Virus record (IMG/VR): IMGVR_UViG_2537561936_000015
From: a virus
Taxonomy: Duplodnaviria; Heunggongvirae; Uroviricota; Caudoviricetes
Direction: 5' to 3' (one strand)
DNA: 45,623 nt
The notes below the pieces were generated by a model that saw nothing but the letters and a program-made list of their open reading frames with translations, searched no databases and was not told the DNA's origin. Of the stretch, positions 1-8,639 are shown in pieces. The position numbers and the translations under genes were made by a program. Position 1 is the first letter of the stretch. The number at the start of each line of letters is the position of its first letter.

Positions 1-1284
1 TTACTTCTTCGCCTCTGCAACCACTTTACTACCCACGCCGCGGTTATTGTATTCCCACATGCGGTTGTAGTTAGTGTCATTCAGATTGCGCTGTATTTCG
101 TCGTTATCATCTACGCTGCCGGTATTACCCGCAAACGGACGATTAGAGATCACCGCATCGGCCCACGGTTTAGCCGTGTTAAAACCTTCGTTGATGGCGC
201 TATCACGGATCACCACCTGACCGTTGGTATTGGCATCAACATCCAGCGAGCGGCCCAGTTGCGCCACACCATCACCGAAAGCATTGAAACGGCTGTTTAC
301 GGCGAGGAAACCGTAGTAAATGTTGGACAGCGTAGCCGGTGCAAACACATACGCTTCTTGCTGAGTACGTGAGTTCACCACGCGGAATTCGGTGTTATCG
401 AACACCACTGCGCCGCGACCAGAAACGATATCCACATCCCCTTCAATGTAGCTGTTGGTCACCAGCGTACGCGGCTGACGGTTGGTTTCCAGACGGTTCT
501 GCACACCGCTGTTGGTGACAAAGAAGGTGTTCTGACGACCGAGAATGTTAACGTTGTTAATCTGTACCTGGTCACCATCAGTACGCAGTGCCACCGCCGG
601 ATGGTTACCTGCATCTACGCTATCGCCCAGCGTGTTTTCGATGGTCAGATTTTGCAGTTGCAGGCCATTGTTTTGTGACCAGAAGACCGCAGAGCAGAGA
701 ACACCGATACTGTCGCTGCGTTTGCTCTGGCAGCTATCGTACATATACCACGCTGGTTTACCTGGCATATATTTGCCGCGCGGGTTGACGTCGTGACGCC
801 AGTCGGCAGGGCTCATGCCACCATCAAGGGAAAGCCCAATCTTCACATCAATCGGTTTTTCACCTGTACCGTACAGAGTAATTCCACCCGGAGCGGCAGG
901 GACATATACCGTTCCCTGATACTCACCAGGCATCACGGCAATATACTGGCGCTTGTTGGTACGCTTGATAATTGCCGCATCTACCGCCGCCTGAATCGTG
1001 GTATGCGTTACCCCTTGAGTGCCCGCCGGGCCGACAACAAAGTCAGGTTGCGCAGGCAGGGTAATCGGGGAAGGATTCCACGCTGCAGCACCTGGTGTCA
1101 GGGATGCAAAATAGTGTTGAGCATCGAAATTCTGCGCTTCTTTTGCCGACAGAATCGGGCGAGAAGAGGTACCAGGCGCGGTTTGATCAGAAGGACGTTG
1201 ATCGGGCGGGGTTGAGCTACAGGCGGTCAGCGTCACGCCAAAAGCCAATGCCAGCGCCAGACGGGAAACTGAAAATGTGTTCAC
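1..1284 (-). CDS. ybhC: Host lipoprotein YbhC (pectinesterase-fold protein) flanking attB-lambda
   Basis: 427-aa ORF with lipoprotein signal (..LTACSS); recognised as E. coli YbhC; lies just outside the att core. Confidence 0.85.
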   Translation of the reverse strand: MNTFSVSRLALALAFGVTLTACSSTPPDQRPSDQTAPGTSSRPILSAKEAQNFDAQHYFASLTPGAAAWNPSPITLPAQPDFVVGPAGTQGVTHTTIQAAVDAAIIKRTNKRQYIAVMPGEYQGTVYVPAAPGGITLYGTGEKPIDVKIGLSLDGGMSPADWRHDVNPRGKYMPGKPAWYMYDSCQSKRSDSIGVLCSAVFWSQNNGLQLQNLTIENTLGDSVDAGNHPAVALRTDGDQVQINNVNILGRQNTFFVTNSGVQNRLETNRQPRTLVTNSYIEGDVDIVSGRGAVVFDNTEFRVVNSRTQQEAYVFAPATLSNIYYGFLAVNSRFNAFGDGVAQLGRSLDVDANTNGQVVIRDSAINEGFNTAKPWADAVISNRPFAGNTGSVDDNDEIQRNLNDTNYNRMWEYNNRGVGSKVVAEAKK

Positions 1285-1315
1285 AGGTTGCTCCGGGCTA
1301 TGAAATAGAAAAATG

Positions 1316-1418
1316 AATCCGTTGAAGCCTGCTTTTTTATACTAAGTTGGCATTATAAAAAAGCATTGCTTATCAATTTGTTGCAACGAACAGGTCACTA
1401 TCAGTCAAAATAAAATCA
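1316..1418. other. attL: attL: bacterial arm + 15-bp core GCTTTTTTATACTAA (1331-1345) + phage P' arm with Int arm-type sites
   Basis: Exact lambda att core followed by lambda P'-arm sequence (..GTTGGCATTATAAAAAAGCATTGCTTATCAATTTGTTGCAACGAACAGGTCACTATCAGTCAAAATAAAATCATTATTTG) directly upstream of int. Confidence 0.9.
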
Positions 1419-2489
1419 TTATTTGATTTCAATTTTGTCCCACTCCCTGCCTCTGTCATCACGATACTGTGATGCCATGGTGTCCGACTTATGCCCGAGA
1501 AGATGTTGAGCAAACTTATCGCTTATCTGCTTCTCATAGAGTCTTGCAGACAAACTGCGCAACTCGTGAAAGGTAGGCGGATCCCCTTCGAAGGAAAGAC
1601 CTGATGCTTTTCGTGCGCGCATAAAATACCTTGATACTGTGCCGGATGAAAGCGGTTCGCGACGAGTAGATGCAATTATGGTTTCTCCGCCAAGAATCTC
1701 TTTGCATTTATCAAGTGTTTCCTTCATTGATATTCCGAGAGCATCAACATGCAATGCTGTTGGGATGGCAATTTTTACGCCTGTTTTGCTTTGCTCGACA
1801 TAAAGATATCCATCTACGATATCAGACCACTTCATTTCGCATAAATCACCAACTCGTTGCCCGGTAACAACAGCCAGTTCCATTGCAAGTCTGAGCCAAC
1901 ATGGTGATGATTCTGCTGCTTGATAAATTTTCAGGTATTCGTCAGCCGTAAGTCTTGATCTCCTTACCTCTGATTTTGCTGCGCGAGTGGCAGCGACAGG
2001 GTTTGTTGTTATATGGCCTTCAGCTATTGCCTCTCGGAATGCATCGCTCAGTGTTGATCTGATTAACTTGGCTGACGCCGCCTTGCCCTCGTCTATGTAT
2101 CCATTGAGCATTGCCGCAATTTCTTTTGTGGTGATGTCTTCAAGTGGAGCATCAGGCAGACCCCTCCTTATTGCTTTAATTTTGCTCATGTAATTTATGA
2201 GTGTCTTCTGCTTGATTCCTCTGCTGGCCAGGATTTTTTCGTAGCGATCAAGCCATGAATGTAACGTAACGGAATTATCACTGTTGATTCTCGCTGTCAG
2301 AGGCTTGTGTTTGTGTCCTGAAAATAACTCAATGTTGGCCTGTATGGCTTCAGTGATTGCGATTCGCCTGTCTCTGCCTAATCCAAACTCTTTACCCGTC
2401 CTTGGGTCCCTGTAGCAGTAATATCCATTGTTTCTTATATAAAGGTTAGGGGGTAAATCCCGGCGCTCATGACTTCGCCTTCTTCCCAT
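1419..2489 (-). CDS. int: Tyrosine integrase Int (phage lambda)
   Basis: 356-aa ORF MGRRRSHERRDLPPNLYIRNNGYYCYRDPRTGKEFGLGRD.. recognised as lambda Int; adjacent to att. Confidence 0.97.
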   Translation of the reverse strand: MGRRRSHERRDLPPNLYIRNNGYYCYRDPRTGKEFGLGRDRRIAITEAIQANIELFSGHKHKPLTARINSDNSVTLHSWLDRYEKILASRGIKQKTLINYMSKIKAIRRGLPDAPLEDITTKEIAAMLNGYIDEGKAASAKLIRSTLSDAFREAIAEGHITTNPVAATRAAKSEVRRSRLTADEYLKIYQAAESSPCWLRLAMELAVVTGQRVGDLCEMKWSDIVDGYLYVEQSKTGVKIAIPTALHVDALGISMKETLDKCKEILGGETIIASTRREPLSSGTVSRYFMRARKASGLSFEGDPPTFHELRSLSARLYEKQISDKFAQHLLGHKSDTMASQYRDDRGREWDKIEIK

Positions 2490-2685
2490 TTCTGATCCTC
2501 TTCAAAAGGCTACCTGTTACTGGTCGATTTAAGTCAACCTTTACCGCTGATTCGTGGAACAGATACTCTCTTCCATCCTTAACCGGAGGAGGGAATATCC
2601 TGCACTCGCGTACCCATCGACGAACTGTTTCAAGGCTTCTTGGGCGTCGCTGGCGTGCGTTCCACTCCTGAAGTGTCAAGTACAT
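2467..2685 (-). CDS. xis: Excisionase Xis (phage lambda)
   Basis: 72-aa ORF MYLTLQEWNARQRRPRSLETVRRWVRECRIFPPP.. overlapping int 5' end as in lambda. Confidence 0.95.
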   Translation of the reverse strand: MYLTLQEWNARQRRPRSLETVRRWVRECRIFPPPVKDGREYLFHESAVKVDLNRPVTGSLLKRIRNGKKAKS

Positions 2686-2711
2686 CGCAAAGTCTCCGCA
2701 ATTACACGCAA

Positions 2712-2735
2712 GAAAAAACCGCCATCAGGCGGCTT
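2712..2735 (-). terminator. Putative rho-independent terminator (minus strand), stem CCGCC/GGCGG followed by U-run
   Basis: Hairpin ccgcc-atca-ggcgg preceded on plus strand by A6 run; overlaps stop of upstream small ORF. Confidence 0.4.
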
Positions 2736-2892
2736 GGTGTTCTTTCAGTTCTTCAATTCGAATATTGGTTACGTCTGCATGTGCTATCTGCGCCCACAGC
2801 ATCCAGTGGTCATAGCAGTCGCTGATGTTCTCGGCTTCGATAACTCTGTTGAATGGTTCTCCATTCCATTCACCTGTGACTCGGAAGTGCAT
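2725..2892 (-). CDS. Small hypothetical protein (55 aa, lambda orf55-like), MHFRVTGEWNGEPFNRVIEAENISDCYDHWMLWAQIAHADVTNIRIEELKEHQAA
   Basis: Hand-translated ORF below the 60-aa track cut-off; GGAG 7 nt upstream of ATG; position matches small ORF next to xis in lambda. Confidence 0.5.
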   Translation of the reverse strand: MHFRVTGEWNGEPFNRVIEAENISDCYDHWMLWAQIAHADVTNIRIEELKEHQAA

Positions 2893-3134
2893 TTATCATC
2901 TCCATAAAACAAAACCCGCCGTAGCGAGTTCAGATAAAAGAAATCCTCGTCAGTGCGAGGATGCTGTTCATTGCTGCTATACACTTTTTTGCTCTCAACG
3001 TAAGCGGTAGCCCATTCTGTTGGGTTGGTGCAGTTGCTTTTAGGAAATGCTATTTACCCCTTAAATGTCGGCTGAAAGAGCTAAAATCCATGCAAAAAAT
3101 TTACGCAATTTTGTGTATTATTGTGCAGTAAGTA

Positions 3135-3737
3135 ATGAGCTATTTTCTGCGCAAAAAATGGATGGTAAATTTGTCCGGGTCAGGAAAAATTTTATGGGCG
3201 CTAAACATGAAAAAAGATTCGTATCCTTATTTGATTTGCATGACAGTTTCAGGGCTGATCTTTATTTTCCTTTTCTTCTGGTGGCGGGCAGATATCTACA
3301 GGGTCACGTTTCTTAATCAGAGTATATCCCACTATTACATTCTGTTTAGCATGGGAATAGCTTTTCTGTTATCTCTGTTTTGGGTTAAGAAGGGGATAGT
3401 AAAACAAAGAGGCTGGAAGAGTCTGTCAGCATACCTTAAGGTTTATGCAGGGATGTGCATATTTGCAGGATTTTTTCTGATTATACCCCTTACGACACTA
3501 ACTTATTTTTTGCCTGGAGAGACATCGTCTTATGTTGCACCGTATCGGTATACTTCCGGTAGTTCAAAAAGTTGTTCTGGAGCTGAGGTGGATGACCCCG
3601 ATCTACATGAGAATATTCGCATTTGCTATCCGTATGGCAATTATGAGTACGATAATATTATCTATGTTGAAAAGAAAATTAATATATTAGGTGCGGTAGT
3701 GACATATGCACAGACCGCGCGTGATGATACTGAATGA
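3135..3737 (+). CDS. Hypothetical integral membrane protein (3 predicted TM helices + ~75-aa C-terminal soluble domain); AT-rich moron gene
   Basis: 200-aa ORF on opposite strand to the early-left operon; hydrophobic segments YLICMTVSGLIFIFLFFWW, ILFSMGIAFLLSLFWV, VYAGMCIFAGFFLIIPLTTLTYFL; alternative start at 3207 (MKKDSYP..); strongly AT-rich region. Confidence 0.55.
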   Translation: MSYFLRKKWMVNLSGSGKILWALNMKKDSYPYLICMTVSGLIFIFLFFWWRADIYRVTFLNQSISHYYILFSMGIAFLLSLFWVKKGIVKQRGWKSLSAYLKVYAGMCIFAGFFLIIPLTTLTYFLPGETSSYVAPYRYTSGSSKSCSGAEVDDPDLHENIRICYPYGNYEYDNIIYVEKKINILGAVVTYAQTARDDTE

Positions 3738-3771
3738 TATAGTATATAGCGGGCAAGTTTTAGTTAATTTA

Positions 3772-3795
3772 TCGAGGTAATATAATTTACCTCGA
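3772..3795 (+). terminator. Perfect palindrome TCGAGGTAA-TATAAT-TTACCTCGA downstream of membrane-protein gene (putative terminator/regulatory hairpin)
   Basis: 9-bp perfect inverted repeat 35 bp after stop codon at 3737. Confidence 0.3.
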
Positions 3796-3947
3796 CTCGT
3801 TTGTTCTGGTATTAATATTTCGCTTTACGACCGATTTTTATCTGATGATATCATGCGGTTTTCATATACTGACTTACTGTCTTTTCTCCGTTAGCGATTT
3901 TCTCCTGCTCAGCGATGATTTTATCTTTGGCTTCTAGTTAATTTCGC

Positions 3948-4169
3948 TCACTTCGAACCTCTCTGTTTACTGATAAGCTCCAGATCCTCCTGGCAACTTG
4001 CACAAGTCCGACAACCCTGAACGACCAGGCGTCTTCGTTCATCTATCGGATCGCCACACTCACAACAATGAGTGGCAGATATAGCCTGGTGGTTCAGGCG
4101 GCGCATTTTTATTGCTGTGTTGCGCTGTAATTCTTCAATTTCTGATGCTGAATCAATGATGTCTGCCAT
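3948..4169 (-). CDS. DksA/TraR-family C4 zinc-finger protein
   Basis: 73-aa ORF with CxxC..(17)..CxxC (CCECGDPIDERRRLVVQGCRTCASC) typical of TraR/DksA-like phage proteins. Confidence 0.6.
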   Translation of the reverse strand: MADIIDSASEIEELQRNTAIKMRRLNHQAISATHCCECGDPIDERRRLVVQGCRTCASCQEDLELISKQRGSK

Positions 4170-4222
4170 CTTCCATTAATCCCTGAATTGTTGGTTAATA
4201 CGCTTGAGGGTGAATGCGAATA

Positions 4223-4246
4223 ATAAAAAAGGAGCCTGTAGCTCCC
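4223..4246 (-). terminator. Putative rho-independent terminator (minus strand) GGAGC-loop-GCTCC + U6
   Basis: Hairpin ggagc ctgta gctcc with A6 on plus strand immediately 5' of it. Confidence 0.45.
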
Positions 4247-4267
4247 TGATGATTTTGCTTTTCATGT

Positions 4268-4579
4268 TCATCGTTCCTTAAAGACGCCGTTTAACATGCC
4301 GATTGCCAGGCTTAAATGAGTCGGTGTGAATCCCATCAGCGTTACCGTTTCGCGGTGCTTCTTCAGTACGCTACGGCAAATGTCATCGACGTTTTTATCC
4401 GGAAACTGCTGTCTGGCTTTTTTGATTTCAGAATTAGCCTGACGGGCAATGCTGCGAAGGGCGTTTTCCTGCTGAGGTGTCATTGAACAAGTCCCATGTC
4501 GGCAAGCATAAGCACACAGAATATGAAGCCCGCTGCCAGAAAAATGCATTCCGTGGTTGTCATACCTGGTCTCTCTCAT
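4268..4579 (-). CDS. Hypothetical early protein (lambda orf61-like); start ambiguous (4579, 4549 or 4483)
   Basis: ORF ..MTPQQENALRSIARQANSEIKKARQQFPDKNVDDICRSVLKKHRETVTLMGFTPTHLSLAIGMLNGVFKER; same strand and order as lambda exo-proximal small ORFs. Confidence 0.5.
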   Translation of the reverse strand: MRETRYDNHGMHFSGSGLHILCAYACRHGTCSMTPQQENALRSIARQANSEIKKARQQFPDKNVDDICRSVLKKHRETVTLMGFTPTHLSLAIGMLNGVFKER

Positions 4580-4751
4580 CTGCTTCTGCTTTCGCCACCA
4601 TCATTTCCAGCTTTTGTGAAAGGGATGCGGCTAACGTATGAAATTCTTCGTCTGTTTCTACTGGTATTGGCACAAACCTGACTCCAATTTGAGCGAGGCT
4701 ATGTGCCATCTCGATACTCGTTCTTAACTCAACGGGAGATGCTTTGTGCAT
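4560..4751 (-). CDS. Hypothetical early protein (lambda orf63-like)
   Basis: 63-aa [66 protein letters not shown]. Confidence 0.6.
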   Translation of the reverse strand: MHKASPVELRTSIEMAHSLAQIGVRFVPIPVETDEEFHTLAASLSQKLEMMVAKAEADERDQV

Positions 4752-4906
4752 ACAGCTCCCCGTTTATTATTTATCTCCTCAGCCAGCCGCTGTGCTTTCA
4801 GGGGATTTCGGATAACAGAAAGGCCGGGAAATACCCAGCCTCGCTTCGTAACGGAGTAGACGAAAGTGATCGTGCCTACGCGGATATTATCGTGAGGATG
4901 TTTCAT
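4724..4906 (-). CDS. Hypothetical early protein (lambda orf60a-like)
   Basis: 60-aa ORF (second Met) overlapping exo stop by 4 nt (ATGA). Confidence 0.6.
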   Translation of the reverse strand: MKHPHDNIRVGTITFVYSVTKRGWVFPGLSVIRNPLKAQRLAEEINNKRGAVCTKHLPLS

Positions 4907-5583
4907 CGCCATTGCTCCCCAAATACAAAACCAATTTCAGCCAGTGCCTCGTCCATTTTTTCGATGAACTCCGGCACCATCTCGTCAAAACTCGCCATGT
5001 AATTTTCATCCCGCTCAACCACGACATAATGCAGGCCTTCACGCTTCATTCGTGGGTCATAGTTGGCAAAGTACCAGGCATCTTTTCGCGTCACCCACAT
5101 GCTGTACTGCACCTGGGCCATGTAAGCTGACTTTATGGCCTCGAAACCACCGAGCCGGAATTTCATGAAATCCCGGGAGGTAAACGGGCATTTCAGTTCA
5201 AGGCCGTTGCCGTCACTGCATAAACCATCGGGAGAGCAGGCGGTGCGCATACTTTCGTCGCGATAGATGATCGGGGATTCAGTAACATTCACGCCGGAAG
5301 TAAACTCAAACAGGGCTCTGGCGTCGTTCTCGTACTGTTTTCCCCAGGCCAGCGCCTTAGCATTAACTTCCGGAGCCACACCGGTGCAAACCTCAGCCAG
5401 CAGGGTGTGGAAGTAGGACATTTTCATGTCAGGCCACTTCTTTCCTGAGCGGGGCTTTGCTATCACGTTGTGAACTTCTGAAGCGGTGATGACGCCGAGC
5501 CGTAATTTGTGCCATGCATCATCCCCCTGTTCGACAGCTCTCACGTCGATCCCGGTACGCTGCAGGATAATGTCCGGTGTCAT
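4903..5583 (-). CDS. exo: Lambda exonuclease (Red-alpha)
   Basis: 226-aa [45 protein letters not shown].. recognised as lambda Exo. Confidence 0.97.
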   Translation of the reverse strand: MTPDIILQRTGIDVRAVEQGDDAWHKLRLGVITASEVHNVIAKPRSGKKWPDMKMSYFHTLLAEVCTGVAPEVNAKALAWGKQYENDARALFEFTSGVNVTESPIIYRDESMRTACSPDGLCSDGNGLELKCPFTSRDFMKFRLGGFEAIKSAYMAQVQYSMWVTRKDAWYFANYDPRMKREGLHYVVVERDENYMASFDEMVPEFIEKMDEALAEIGFVFGEQWR

Positions 5584-6365
5584 GCTGCCCCCTTCTGCTC
5601 AGTGGCTTTCTGTTTCAGGAATCCAAGAGCTTTCACTGCTTCGGCCTGTGTCAGTTCTGACGATGCGCGAATGTCGCGGCGAAATATCTGGGAACAGAGC
5701 GGCAATAAGTCGTCATCCCATGTTTTATCCAGGGCGATCAGCAGAGTGTTAATCTCCTGCATGGTTTCATCGTTAACCGGAGTGATGTCGCGTTCCGGCT
5801 GACGTTCTGCAGTGTATGCAGTATTTTCGACAATGCGCTCGGCTTCATCCTTGTCATAGATACCAGCAAATCCGAAGGCCAGACGGGCACACTGAATCAT
5901 GGCTTTATGCCGTAACATCCGTTTGGGATGCGACTGCCACGGCCCCGTAATTTCTCTGCCTTCGCGAGTTTTGAATGGTTCGCGGCGGCATTCATCCATC
6001 CATTCGGTAACGCAGATCGGATGATTACGGTCCTTGCGGTAAATCCGGCATGTACAGGATTCATTGTCCTGCTCAAAGTCCATGCCATCAAACTGCTGGT
6101 TTTCATTGATGATGCGGGACCAGCCATCAACGCCCACCACCGGAACGATGCCGTTCTGCTTATCAGGGAAGGCGTAAATTTCTTTCGTCCACGGATTAAG
6201 GCCGTACTGGTTGGCGACGATCAACAATGCGATGAACTGCGCATCGCTGGCATCACCTTTAAATGCCGTCTGGCGAAGAGTGGTGATCAGTTCCTGTGGG
6301 TCGACAGAATCCATGCCGACACGTTCAGCCAGCTTCCCTGCCAGCGTTGCGAGTGCTGTACTCAT
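5580..6365 (-). CDS. bet: Recombination protein Bet (Red-beta, single-strand annealing)
   Basis: 261-aa [69 protein letters not shown].. recognised as lambda Bet. Confidence 0.97.
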   Translation of the reverse strand: MSTALATLAGKLAERVGMDSVDPQELITTLRQTAFKGDASDAQFIALLIVANQYGLNPWTKEIYAFPDKQNGIVPVVGVDGWSRIINENQQFDGMDFEQDNESCTCRIYRKDRNHPICVTEWMDECRREPFKTREGREITGPWQSHPKRMLRHKAMIQCARLAFGFAGIYDKDEAERIVENTAYTAERQPERDITPVNDETMQEINTLLIALDKTWDDDLLPLCSQIFRRDIRASSELTQAEAVKALGFLKQKATEQKGAA

Positions 6366-6370
6366 CCGTT

Positions 6371-6667
6371 TTATACCTCTGAATCAATATCAACCTGGTG
6401 GCGGGCAATAGTTTCAACCATGTACCGTATGTGTTCTGCCATGCGTTCCTGAAACTCAACATCGTCATCAAACGCACGGGTAATGGCTTTTTTGCTGGCC
6501 CCGTGGCGTTGCAAATGATCGATGCATAGCGATTCAAACAGGTGCTGGGGCAGGCCTTTTTCCATGTCGTCTGCCAGTTCTGCCTCTTTCTCTTCACGGG
6601 CGATCTGCTGGTAGTGACGCGCCCAGCTCTGAGCCTCAAGACGATCCTGAATGTAATAAGCGTTCAT
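6371..6667 (-). CDS. gam: Gam, RecBCD inhibitor (98-aa short form only)
   Basis: [60 protein letters not shown].. recognised as lambda Gam; in-frame TAA 19 codons upstream of the ATG. Confidence 0.9.
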   Translation of the reverse strand: MNAYYIQDRLEAQSWARHYQQIAREEKEAELADDMEKGLPQHLFESLCIDHLQRHGASKKAITRAFDDDVEFQERMAEHIRYMVETIARHQVDIDSEV

Positions 6668-6743
6668 GGCTGAACTCCTGAAAATGGCTGTGAAAATATC
6701 GCCCGCGAAATGCCAGGCTGATTAGGAAAACAGGAAAGGGGGG

Positions 6744-6950
6744 TTAGTGATTCAGGCCGTTACCGCGTCCGTCGAGAAAAACTTCCACGAGCAAATCACG
6801 GGTATAAGTGCGCTCGATGCCGCGATGCAGATAAAGCCGTCCGCGTAAATTAGCTGATGCAGTCCAGGTACCATCTTTGTGTTTGACCAGCATTCCTGGC
6901 ATGACCGCACCTCGATTAACGGTCTGCGTTCCGTAATGTTGATGAACCAT
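6744..6950 (-). CDS. Hypothetical early-left protein (68 aa) in the kil/cIII position
   Basis: ORF MVHQHYGTQTVNRGAVMPGMLVKHKDGTWTASANLRGRLYLHRGIERTYTRDLLVEVFLDGRGNGLNH with AGGAG 5 nt upstream of ATG; longer 96-aa frame has poorer RBS. Confidence 0.45.
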   Translation of the reverse strand: MVHQHYGTQTVNRGAVMPGMLVKHKDGTWTASANLRGRLYLHRGIERTYTRDLLVEVFLDGRGNGLNH

Positions 6951-7080
6951 AAAAACTCCTGCCCGTAAGCTGGGCTGCTGAACATATAAAGACTTCTGCG
7001 CGTATTCAGGCGGTGGATGGCCGCCGGTTGTCATAACTAAGCCGCCTCGTTGAAGCGACTAAGGTATGAAATGTTGAGTT

Positions 7081-7221
7081 AATTTCAGCTGGTCACACCG
7101 ACGTTCACGCGTCCGTTTCACCCCTCGCACTCCCCGAAGCCTGCTGAAATTCAAACTGCGGATCTAAGCGGTCATCGCAACGGTGAATCAGGTAGTTGCC
7201 GTATCGTTGTGTTGTTGCGAT
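7081..7221 (-). ncRNA. Structured PL leader; candidate put-like cis-acting antiterminator RNA (two stem-loops)
   Basis: Inverted repeats AATTTCAGC(7081-7089)/GCTGAAATT(7143-7151) and ATCGCAAC(7174-7181)/GTTGCGAT(7214-7221) directly downstream of predicted PL; no ORF in 7035-7545. Confidence 0.3.
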
Positions 7222-7275
7222 GAACTTATTTAAAACTATAGTTGTTTTATCGTCAACAACAAAAGTTGTTTTATT
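7222..7275 (-). promoter_or_regulatory. Putative PL promoter with OL operators (-35 TTGACG, 17-bp spacer, -10 TTAAAT on minus strand; AACAAC/GTTGTT half-sites)
   Basis: Near-duplicate of the PR module at 8277-8312 (GTTGTTGAC[G/T]A..AACAAC.ATAGTTTTAA). Confidence 0.45.
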
Positions 7276-7545
7276 GGTTGTTTTAGATATAACTGGTTGT
7301 ATTTAGGATGGATTTATTTTGTGACTTGAATCGCATAGCGATAACTGAAGCGAGGTTATGGTGGTTTTTTTAACGGTGTGTGTGATGAGGGGAGGGCAAA
7401 AGAAAACCCGGCACGGTGACCGGGATTCTTACGCCGTTAGGTAAAGATATTATTGCGGTGGCTTAATATTACTACCTAGAGCAAAGATAGGAATTAGTTC
7501 TTTACTGAATGAGCACAATGCCCAGTTGATAATTTTTAATTGGTA

Positions 7546-8235
7546 CTACCCATGCTTCCTATATGTCTGCGGCATGCTCCCAATAACCTTACCGAAGATG
7601 AACACCCGGTTCATCTCGTCTTTCTCGATCGGGTCCCACGGTGAGTAGCTTTTGTTATCAGAGATGACCAGCAGCTTATTCTTCATCATTTGCAGGCGCT
7701 TTACATGGGCTGTGTCGTCGTACAGAAACGCATAGATACCATCACCGTCGAAAGATTTAACTGTGATATCAACGAACAGCAGATCACCTGGTTCGATCGT
7801 TCCTGACATGCTGTCACCACGCACGTTAATGATGCGGATATTTTCCGCCTTCCTACCATCGAACATGTGACGAGCATCGTCAAACGAGTACTCAACCGAG
7901 CGTAGAACTTCTACAAACTCACGGTTGATGACTCCCGGCCCAGCACTGACTTCTATATCAAGAACGTCAATCTTGAAGTATTTGGAATGGCTGACAGTTG
8001 ATTGTATTGGTTGCACTGTACTGTCTGACATATTTCCAACGCCAGAAGATAACCATTCTGCGCGCACACCCAAAGCGTTCGCGATCTCCACGATTTTAGT
8101 TGTTTGATTAGCTTTCCCTGTTTCGATTTTCTGAATAGCAGCCTGGCTAACCCCGACCAAATCCCCAAGCGCCTTTTGTGTAAGGCCTCGCGCTAATCTG
8201 GCTTCTTTAAGTCTTTCTGAGAGTGTTGTTTTCAT
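7546..8235 (-). CDS. cI: CI-type prophage repressor (N-terminal HTH + C-terminal LexA/S24 autocleavage domain)
   Basis: 229-aa ORF from MKTTLSERLKEARLARGLTQKALGDLVGVSQAAIQKIE.. with GDSM..K S24 motifs; divergent from cro; not lambda or 434 cI. Confidence 0.85.
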   Translation of the reverse strand: MKTTLSERLKEARLARGLTQKALGDLVGVSQAAIQKIETGKANQTTKIVEIANALGVRAEWLSSGVGNMSDSTVQPIQSTVSHSKYFKIDVLDIEVSAGPGVINREFVEVLRSVEYSFDDARHMFDGRKAENIRIINVRGDSMSGTIEPGDLLFVDITVKSFDGDGIYAFLYDDTAHVKRLQMMKNKLLVISDNKSYSPWDPIEKDEMNRVFIFGKVIGSMPQTYRKHG

Positions 8236-8239
8236 AGTC

Positions 8240-8325
8240 CAAATGTACAACCAAGGTTTTATTCCATCAAACGAAAATGGTTGTTGACTAAAAACAACCA
8301 TAGTTTTAATCTTGATTCAAATTAA
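8240..8325. promoter_or_regulatory. OR/PR-PRM region: palindromic operator ATGGTTGTT-N7-AACAACCAT (8278-8301), PR -35 TTGACT / -10 TAATCT
   Basis: Perfect 9-bp inverted repeat overlapping promoter hexamers between divergent cI and cro. Confidence 0.55.
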
Positions 8326-8339
8326 CCACGGAGGTTGTT

Positions 8340-8570
8340 ATGAACCCAGCTATCAAAACAGCGATCAATATCGTTGGTTCACAAAAGAAACTGGGCGCTG
8401 CTTGCGAAGTTTCACAGCAGGCCGTCTATAAGTGGCTTCACAACAAAGCAAAGGTATCCCCTGAACATGTCGGCAGCATTGTTACGGCTACTGGTGGAGT
8501 AGTGAAGGCATACCAGATTCGCCCGGATCTTCCGAAGTTGTTTCCACACACCGAAAAGAACGCAGCTTAA
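8340..8570 (+). CDS. cro: Cro-like HTH regulator (YdaS/Cro family)
   Basis: 76-aa ORF, HTH SQKKLGAACEVSQQAVYKWL; GGAGG RBS; divergent from repressor. Confidence 0.75.
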   Translation: MNPAIKTAINIVGSQKKLGAACEVSQQAVYKWLHNKAKVSPEHVGSIVTATGGVVKAYQIRPDLPKLFPHTEKNAA

Positions 8571-8639
8571 ATTTCCATTTCACGCTCTTTAACAATAAGC
8601 AATCAACTTAACAGTCAATTCAAACTAAAGGAGTCAATT

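Noticed and set aside
2784-2984. 66-aa minus-strand ORF from the six-frame track
   Set aside because: Wrong frame; the better-supported gene here is the 55-aa ORF at 2725-2892 with a GGAG RBS
7035-7545. Possible tRNA or small protein gene in the ORF-free region
   Set aside because: No T-loop-like motif (GTTCRANYC) or cloverleaf-compatible repeats seen; structure fits a promoter/leader better
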